Assembly: GCA_966243015.1 (NCBI GenBank)
Contig: CBIMES010000001.1
Coordinates: 50,598-114,597 of the forward strand
DNA: 64,000 bases
From: an uncultured bacterium
GTDB taxonomy: Bacteria > Patescibacteriota > Minisyncoccia > Phycocordibacterales > UBA6065
Reading direction: 5' to 3'
Shown piece after piece: positions 10,006 to 18,700 of this stretch. Position 1 is the stretch's first letter. Every line of letters starts with the position of its first letter. The position numbers and the translations under genes are program-made. The notes under the pieces are model-generated. The model saw nothing but the letters and a program-made list of their open reading frames with translations. It made no database searches and was not told the origin of the DNA.

Positions 10006-10524
10006 CTAGGCTGCCGCCAAGGTCGGCACAGGAATCCCGAGGAGCTCCATGATAGTTCGGTCGAGTTCGGTCGAGCCGATCTCTCGCTCCGTCTCGAAGA
10101 TCTGAAGAGTTTTAGTCTTCAGACACATCTCGACGAAGTATCTTACCGATCCGTGTTCCATCTGATCTTGGAATCGCGCGATAAGAGACGGGTCTGCAAC
10201 CTGCTCGTGACCCTTTTTGGGCCTGAGCAGGATGAGACTCACCTCGAACCCTCGTCCGCGAAGACGGGGCATGGTGATGTCGAAATGGTAGAACGGGTCC
10301 CAATCGACGCTAATTATGACGAGGTCGCTTTTGGCGAGCCCGTCGATTTTCCTTTCCATGGCAGGTATGGCGCTCACGGTCGATCCGAAGGCTCCTTGGG
10401 GGAACGCTTTGGTGTCGATGAGAACTCCTTTTCCGGCCGTGGTGATTGTCTCCAAGGACGGAGTGACGTGGCAGGCGGGATGCGTGACGATAATGAATGC
10501 TCTTCTGGGACGGGTATTGTGCAC
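10006..10524 (-). CDS. Hypothetical alpha/beta protein
   Basis: 172-aa ORF with divergent promoter region and downstream hairpin (~9950-9978). Confidence 0.5.
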   Translation of the reverse strand: MHNTRPRRAFIIVTHPACHVTPSLETITTAGKGVLIDTKAFPQGAFGSTVSAIPAMERKIDGLAKSDLVIISVDWDPFYHFDITMPRLRGRGFEVSLILLRPKKGHEQVADPSLIARFQDQMEHGSVRYFVEMCLKTKTLQIFETEREIGSTELDRTIMELLGIPVPTLAAA

Positions 10525-10653
10525 TGTGAGGACGGGTTGAGTGTTGGTGGGGCGGTGGGTGCTTTCCCTCTTGCGATGGAAAGAGCGACTGGTGTGAAAT
10601 GGTACATTTTATGCCTGACTTGGTCAATAGGCCGTGCTACAATGAGACCCTTC

Positions 10654-11256
10654 ATGAGCAAGCATTCGGAGAGGCGGAATTCTGAGTTTAGGCGGGTCGC
10701 TACGAGCTGGGCCATCGAATTTGGCCCTATCGTGGTCTTTTTTCTTACCGCAGAGTACGTTGGTCTTGTTAACGCCACGGGCCTTTTCGTCTTCCTGACG
10801 GCCCTTGCCCTTATCGCATCGTACTCGAAGGACCGTAGAATCGCCTTATTCCCGCTCCTCGCGGGCCTTTCAGTCATCATCTTTGGCTGTCTGACGGTGT
10901 TTCTGCACAACCCTCTCTATATCATCCTCAAGGATACGGTCTATAACGGCCTCTTTGCCGTGGCGATCGCCGTAGGTCTCTATGGATACGGGAGGCCAAT
11001 TCTGAAGGATCTCTTCAGCTCGCTGTTCCATATGACGGATAGGGGATGGATGATTCTTTCGAGGCGCTGGATGGTCATGTTCGTTTTCCTCACCGTCTCC
11101 AACGAGCTGGTGAGGCATCTCTTGGGTGCCGACGCCTGGGTCAATTACAAAATGGTTGCCACGTTCTCGACTATCGTATTCGGCCTCTATCAGATAACGC
11201 TCTCGAAGAGGGAGAGGATGCCTGACTCAAACAGGTGGGGGATGAATATCAAATAG
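10654..11256 (+). CDS. Intracellular septation protein A (IspA/YciB family)
   Basis: EFGPIVVFF, IFGCLTVFLHN..IILKDT, GWMILSRRW, NELV, WVNYK. Confidence 0.85.
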   Translation: MSKHSERRNSEFRRVATSWAIEFGPIVVFFLTAEYVGLVNATGLFVFLTALALIASYSKDRRIALFPLLAGLSVIIFGCLTVFLHNPLYIILKDTVYNGLFAVAIAVGLYGYGRPILKDLFSSLFHMTDRGWMILSRRWMVMFVFLTVSNELVRHLLGADAWVNYKMVATFSTIVFGLYQITLSKRERMPDSNRWGMNIK

Positions 11257-11521
11257 CCTCGGCCTCGAGGCATGATACGCGCGCGGCGAGGGCGTCATGC
11301 TCTTGCCGCGATATTTTATTGAGGGTGAGGTCGTCTATCTTTCCCTCGATGTTACCGATACGGTTCGAGAGGGAATCAAAGCGAAGGTCCATCTTTGTCT
11401 CAAGGCGAGATACCTCTCGCGACAGTTCCGCACGAAAGTCGTTTCGAAGGTTTGCCTCGAGCTCGTCGAATCTTTTCGTTACCATAATGGCGAGCATCTC
11501 GATGGTTATGCGCGGACTCAT
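11249..11521 (-). CDS. Small coiled-coil protein (90 aa), paralog of 4132-4398
   Basis: MSPRITIEMLAIMVTKRF...LSNRI...NKISRQEH. Confidence 0.8.
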   Translation of the reverse strand: MSPRITIEMLAIMVTKRFDELEANLRNDFRAELSREVSRLETKMDLRFDSLSNRIGNIEGKIDDLTLNKISRQEHDALAARVSCLEAEAI

Positions 11522-11527
11522 GCCCAG

Positions 11528-11560
11528 ATAGTAACATCGACCCGTTCAGGGTCGATGTTC
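11528..11560 (-). promoter_or_regulatory. Second copy of the palindromic promoter element
   Basis: AACATCGACCC-GTTCA-GGGTCGATGTT plus TACTAT. Confidence 0.65.
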
Positions 11561-11602
11561 ACATTTTTATCTTTGCTTTAGTCTTGCTTGCCACTCGGCC
11601 CG

Positions 11603-12355
11603 CTACTTCGAGAGCAGGAGGAGGAACTCTCGGTTGCCACCCTCGCCTTCGATGGGGGAGTCGATGTGAGCGACGACCTCAAAGCCGACCTCCTGTGCCT
11701 TTGCCTTCACCCCGTCGAGCGCGGCGAATCTCTCTGAGTCGAGGGCGATGACGCCCCGGCGTCTCTGCGCGATCTCTCGCCCGACCTCAAACTGCGGTTT
11801 GACGAGGAGCACCGCTCGGCCACCCTTCCTGAGAAGCGAGAATGCCTTCGGGAGGATGTGGGTGAGGGAGATGAAGGACACGTCGGAGACGGCAATGTCG
11901 GCGAGCGGCGAATCGGGCGAGAGGGAGAACTTCCTGATGTCAGTCTGCTCGTGCAGCTCGACACGCTCGTCCTCGCGAAGCGTCTCGTCCATCTGGTCGG
12001 TGCCGACCTCGATGGCGATGACCTTCCGTGCCCCTCGCTTGAGGAGGCAGTCGGTGAATCCTCCTGTCGACGAGCCGATATCGACGGCGAGGACATCGGT
12101 CACGCCGATCTTCCACGTCTCGAGCGCGTGATCGAGTTTCTCTCCGGCGCGACTGACGAAGCGAGGGGTCTCCTTGAGGGAGATGTCATCCGAAGGGGAG
12201 ACCTCGGCGCTCGGCTTGCCGGCCTGGACCCCGTTCACGAGCACGAGACCTCTCTCGACGAGCTCTCGGGCGGCGCTTCTGCTGCGCACCAGACCCCGTC
12301 GGGCTATCTCGACATCGAGTCGATTTTTGTGTTCTAAAGTTTTCTCGAATTTCAT
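11603..12355 (-). CDS. tlyA: TlyA-family rRNA (cytidine-2'-O)-methyltransferase with S4 domain
   Basis: FVSRAGEKL, DIGSSTGGFTDCLL, DVSFISL, LVKPQFE, SPIEGEGGNREF. Confidence 0.95.
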   Translation of the reverse strand: MKFEKTLEHKNRLDVEIARRGLVRSRSAARELVERGLVLVNGVQAGKPSAEVSPSDDISLKETPRFVSRAGEKLDHALETWKIGVTDVLAVDIGSSTGGFTDCLLKRGARKVIAIEVGTDQMDETLREDERVELHEQTDIRKFSLSPDSPLADIAVSDVSFISLTHILPKAFSLLRKGGRAVLLVKPQFEVGREIAQRRRGVIALDSERFAALDGVKAKAQEVGFEVVAHIDSPIEGEGGNREFLLLLSK

Positions 12356-12710
12356 GTCCTAACTCTACATGAATCACGTCTAAAAGATAGGGAAGTCAAA
12401 TGTGGTGGCTCGTGACCCCTGTGGGCGAGAGGTGTCTGCAGATAGAGAGGTTACTTTATAGCTCTTTTTTAAACATTGATAAACATTACTATCAAATCTA
12501 CGTATTTAAGCCACATTATGAATCTCGGATAGCTATCTGATGGTTGGGTGGCCTTTATCTTTTTCTTATCAATTCTTTATGCCGAGATGACCATTCTGAG
12601 AGGGGGTGCCCTGCTCGGGTTGGGTGGGGTCGTGACGTTTGGAATGCGAAAATGAGGAAAGGCGCTATCCACAGAGATTTACGGTTGCATTGATTTTATA
12701 ATATTCACCA

Positions 12711-15700
12711 ATGAGCTCAGATCTCTTTTTCGAAGGAAAAAAGTTCATCTCGTCTAGACGAGCTGCGGATCTGTGCGCCTATACTCAGGACTACGTCGGT
12801 CAGCTTATTCGCTCTGGAAAGCTCGAGGCAAAAATGGTCGGAAGGAACTGGTTTGTCGCCGAGGAGTCGATTCTGGCCTACAAGCGCCTCGCGGATGAGT
12901 CTTCGAAGACCCTTTTCCAGAAGACGGATGAGGCCATCTCGGCAAGCCGAGACGCCTCAGAACACGAGGCTGTAGAGGCTGTCGAGGTGCCTGTGGCTGC
13001 GAAGGCTCCGGACCCTGTTATCCCGGAAGTTGTTTCCCCGGTTCCTGCCGTTCGAGAAGAGGCCTATGTTGGTCTTGTCTATACTTATGACGAAAGGTCA
13101 TCTCTTCCTGAGCTTAAAAAGACTTCAGTTCAGCCCGTCGCCAAGGCCGTCGTGGAGCCTGCTGTCCCGGAGACTGTCGAGGAGGTTGTGCCTGAGCCTG
13201 TGGCGGGGGTTGTCTCTCCCTTTATATATGAGGAGTCGATCGAGGGTCTCGGGGGCGACTTCGGCATGATTGATATCGGCAGGAAGGCCCTCGCCGCCGC
13301 GCTCTCGCTTTCCCTGGTCCTCGGTTCTTACTATATGGCTGACGCCGAGAGGTCGAGGTCGTTCCTCTCGTCGACAGAGGCCGTGGGTTCTCGTATGTCG
13401 CTTGCGGTCACTGATACCTTCGCCAAGCTCGCCGCGTCCGTCGGTGTCGTTAAGGAAGCGTATCTCGCGGCGGTTCACAATGCCGGTGTGTACGCGGTTG
13501 AGGGCGTCGTTGCTTTTGTTGGTGCAGCAGAGGATGTCGTCTCCTTGTACGGTGACGCAGTTGAGACGGTCGGACGACGATCGTCTGACGCGAGCGATGT
13601 ACTGGCGTCGGTCAGCATTCCTGATACGGCACGAACGATCGCGGCGCAGATCCGCGTCGAGGGTATTGGCTCCGCGTCTCTCGCGGCGGCGTCTACTGCG
13701 GGCGGCTCACTTGTCTCGGGCCTCGAGTCGGTGGCCGTTGGCGTGTACGAGGCGATTAACCCGATCTTCTCGAGGACGAGCTCGTTCCTTGCAGGGCTCT
13801 TTGCGCCAAAGGACACTGTCCTCGTCATCGACACTCCTGCGCCTATCGCCCCGCAGCCTGAGCCGCAGAGGGAGGCGGTCGCCGTCGTCGCTTCGCCTGT
13901 CGTCGTCACTCAGCCCGCGCAGCCCGTAACGCAGGTCAACAACACCTACTATCAGACCTCTGGCCTCAGCGCCGCTGACGTGACTGCTCTCGTGAAGAGT
14001 GCGACGGCGGACCTTGAGGCCCAGGTCGCCCAGGCCCAGCTCGATGCGCTCAGGGCAAACGAGAATGCCCGCAACGCGGCGGACCGCGGCTCTCGATACG
14101 ATCTCGACAGGATTACCATACGAAGGAGCGAGATCAAGGACTCGAGGATGACGGGTTCGACGATCGCCGACTCTCGCATCGAGAACTCAACACTTGTGAA
14201 CGCGAACCTCACAGGTACGACGACGGCGGGCCTGATTGCTGCGGACTCTATCACCGCCAACAGCATCACGTTCTCGAACTCGAACATCCAGAACTCGACG
14301 ACGACCAACGCGACCTCCACCAACCTCTTCGCCTCGGCCTTCGCCGCAGACCGCCTCCAGGTCGCGGGATCGACGGGCGTCACCATCACCTCGAGCGGTC
14401 TGGTGGGCATCGGCACCTCGACGCCCGAGGCACAGCTCGCCATCGCGCAGATCACGAACGGCCTGCCGATGCTCTCCGCGCGTCGCGTGACGGACGTCGC
14501 CCCTTCGGGTGACTTTATAAACTACAGGAGCGCGGACGGCGGTACCGTGCTCTTCCGCGTCGACAACTCGGGAAATCTTCTCGCCGGCGGAATCATCACC
14601 ACGGGAAGCTACACGGTCACCTCGACCTCGACGCCTCAGTTCCGCGTGCAGTACGACGGCTCTGCCGAGATGACGACCATGGTCGCGTCGACTGGCGCGG
14701 CCGTAATCGCGGTCAACGGCTCGAATCCTTCCGTGTCGTTTGTCCCTCAGTCGAATGGAACCTCGACGTTTGCGGTGACCGATGCGTCACTTGCGCCGAT
14801 TGTTTCGGTCAATACCATTGATAAGTCTGCGACGGTCACGAACCTTATTGCTTCGACGGGTGTTGTCGCGGGGCTATCGTCGACCTATTCGACAAGCACG
14901 AACGCGACGAGCACAAATTTCTTCTCGGCAAATTTCGTTGCGGTTAACTCGCTTTCCGACAATGCAACGACTACCAACCTGAGCGCCGCAACTGTCTCGG
15001 CGGGCGATATCGTCGCCACGGGTTCGCTTGCCGTCACGGGCCAGACAACTCTCGGGGGAGTTGTTCTCGTCAATTCGACGACGACAAACGCGGTCGGCAC
15101 GAATTTGGCTTTCGTAAACTCGACCTCCACCAATCTCTACGCCCAGTCTCTCGCCTCTGACGACTCTGTTCTCGGAAACGCGACGTCGACCAATTTCTTC
15201 TCGACCTTTGGCCGATTGCTGACGGGAACCATCGACAGCCTCTCGTCGACTATCGCGTCGATCGGCGACCTCTTCGCGAACACGCTCGTCGTCACGAACA
15301 GCACGACGACCAACGCAACAACTACTAACCTCTACGCCCAGTCGCTCGTGGCGGGCACTTCGACGTTCGCGGCTCTTAACGCATCGGGGCAGGTTGTCGT
15401 CGGCACCACGACCGGCTCGAGCTATATCGGATGGGGAGGCTATGGCTACGATGCTGCGCTTACCGTCGAGGGCGGCGCGAAGATCGTAAGTAATACTGGT
15501 GAGACTCTCATTCAGAACACCACTAATTATCCTGTTCATGACGACACGACGCTCTTCAGGAACAACGTGCTCGCTATTCAGAATACCGGCGTTACGGCGA
15601 CCAACAGGAAGCTTCCTTCCGCTATTCGCTTCCTTGACGAGACGGGCGCCGAGATGGGTGCCATTGGTTACAGCAACGACAATGTGTGGGCTCCTTTCGC

Positions 15701-18700
15701 CGAGTCATTCTTTATATCCGCGAGCCAGCCGTACTATCCAGGCACTCCGGCGCAGGCGCCGACGAGGTTCGCCCTCCTTCAGGAGGGTCTGTATCAGAGC
15801 GTCGCTCGATACGCGCCTCGTCTTGAGTTCACGACTGACTGGACCACGAACTTCAAGGATCCTCTTGGAAATACGAACCTCAGCATATCTCCGTCGGGTA
15901 CTTCGACCTTCAGGTACTCACTCACCAGTCAGGTGTCCTCGTCGACTGTTCTCACTGTTCACAATACGGGTGGAAGCTTCAACACCTCGTCCGCACCATT
16001 GTCTTCATATGCTGGGTCATTCACGTCCGCTTCGACTCGCTCTGCCGGATCAAACGCGCTTACCAACGTGGGAATCTACGCAAGCGCCTCGGGTGCCCAG
16101 AACAACTACGCTGCGATTTTCGATCAGGGCAACGTGGGTATCGGCACCTCTACGCCGAATCGTGCCCTCTCCGTCGTCGGAGACATAGACTTCACGGGAT
16201 CCCTGCGCACGGGAGGAGTGGCAAGGATCAATTCCGGGGGAGTCTTCATTGCCGCTAACGGAACCGTGGGCAATCCCGGATATAACTTCTCGGGCGACAC
16301 TGGATCCGACACGGGTATGTATCGCGTGGCCGAGGACACGATAGGCTTCTCTACGGCGGGCGTGAACAGGCTGACGATCGGAAACACGGGCAACATAGGT
16401 GTCGGTACCACGTCCCCGACAGCCAGGGTATCTACGGTGTTCAGCTCAAATTCCACATCTAACGCAATAAACCTGAGCCCGTCCAACGATGGGAACAGGG
16501 CGCTTTGGCTCGACGGAAACATGATAAACGTGAGTACGGTCGTGTCGTCGTACTCGCAGACGGCGAACTCGCTTCCGCTCTTCATACAGCCGTACTGGTC
16601 GAACTTCCAGACGGGTCTGACCGTGGGAACCACGACGAACCAGACGGCCGTCAACACGGCGATGATCGTGTACGGCTCGAACGCGTCGTCCGCGACGACC
16701 TCGAGGACGTTCGCGACGAGGAACGGCGACAACACGGAAACTTTCACCGTCCTGAACTCTGGCAATATCGGAATTGGAACCACGAGCCCTTCGACGCGCC
16801 TCACGGTTCACGAGACGGGCAGCCTCGCTGCGGCGCGACTGCTGAACGCGTCAAACGCCTTTGACACGCTCCAGCTTCAGTCCACCATCTCTAATGGCTA
16901 CTCAAGTATCGGATTCCTGAATACTTCCGGAAACTCGATGGGCGGATTCGGCTATGCCAACACGGGAGTCGCCGGCAGCCTTCAGGATAAGGTCTACTTC
17001 TACTCCGTAAGCAAGGACATGGTGTTTAGCACCAACAACGGGTCGACGGGTATGCTTACCCTCAACACCGCGGGTAATTTGGGAATTGGCAGCACTACGC
17101 CGCTCTCGACGCTCTCGGTCACGGGCTCTGGAACCACTAGACCGTTCACCGTGGCGTCCTCAACGGGCAACGCCCTGTTCTCGGTGGGCATAGACGGATC
17201 ATCGACCTCGACCGGAACAAGCACGGCCGCAAGTTTCGTGTCCACGTCGGTCATTGCGACCTCGAGCATAATGGGATCTCTCCACGTCGGCGGTCTGTCT
17301 AACACGACTGCAAGGCTTTATTCATCCGGAGCCATCCAGTTCATCAACGGAACTGATCCCGGCCTCTATGGAGCCCTTTGGTCACCGAACTCGGGCGACT
17401 TCGCTGCCAACATGGCAGGACCTCAGCTCGCCTTCTACACTGGCGGCAACAATGCGCGAATCGAGCGCCTCCGCATTGACAGTGCGGGCAACGTCGGCAT
17501 CGGCACGACGTCCCCGACACAGCTCCTTACGCTCTATAAGTCCGGCGGAGACGCGTACACGCAGTACGCCTCGAGTAACACTGGTTCGGCCGCCACGGAC
17601 GGATTCCATGTCGGCGTCGGCACGGCGGGCGAGGCGTTCCTCAACAACAGGGAGTCTACGTCGATGCTGTTTAGGACGGCTGGAGTCTCAAGGATGGTCA
17701 TTGATTCTGGCGGCAACGTCGGAATTGGTACTACCACGCCGCTCACAAAGCTCGATATCGTAAGCAACATCTCCGATCGCATCAGGATGACTGGATCCTC
17801 TTCCGATACCAATCCCGTCAATGGATCGTGGGGTGGTGCGATGTATCTCTCGAACTCCGATACTACCTCAGGCAACTACAACGGCGTGCTCTTCGCGAAT
17901 GCGACCCCCGCCTGGACAAGCGGTATCTTCGGCATAAACACCACCCATGCGAACAGGACGGGCGAACTTTCGTTCTTCACCTGGAATGCGGGTGTTGGTA
18001 GCGAGAAGATGCGCATCACTCCTGCGGGTAACGTCGGCATCGGCACAACATCACCCGCATCTCTCCTTGCAGTTAGCGGAAAGGGAACTTTCGGTACAAG
18101 CGACGCCGTCACGCCTCAGCTCGAGGTCATCGGCGGAACGAGCGGCGCGGGAATGATTCGCCTCAATCGCGCGGGAACAGGCACGGTCTTTGATTGGGCG
18201 CTTACTGGCGGAGGCCTCGCGTTCAATGATGTGAGCGGCGCGTCGGGCGCGACCGTAGTTAATATTTTTGGCGCCAGCGGCCTTAATGAGCTTTACGTCG
18301 GTCAGGCGTCCAAGACGATAGTCGATACTCGTGCCTCTCTTATATCGGGAACCACGTTCGGTTCCTCCGCGGGAACTGACGTCGCCGCACAAAATCTCAC
18401 GCTTCGTTCCGGCCTCGGCACGGGCGCGGGTGTCCCGGGCGATCTCGTCTTCCAGACTGGTACTGTGCTTGCTTCGGGTTCAACTGCGCAGTCTGGTAGC
18501 GCTCGTCTTACCATTAAGGCGACCACCGGCAACGTCGGGATAGGTACGACAACCCCTCAGAAGTTACTGCATCTCTACGGAGATCCGACTACGGCTCGCT
18601 TGAGAATGCAGAGCAATACCGCCTTGAATAGTGTATACGCTGAGATGGCTACTGACGCTAGTACTGGATCGTTCAACTTGCTTGCAGACCATAGCGCTGG

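Noticed and set aside
9940-10653. N-terminal extension of IspA (438-aa ORF)
   Set aside because: It is antisense to the 10006-10524 ORF and crosses a terminator and promoter; the IspA-like sequence starts at about 10654.
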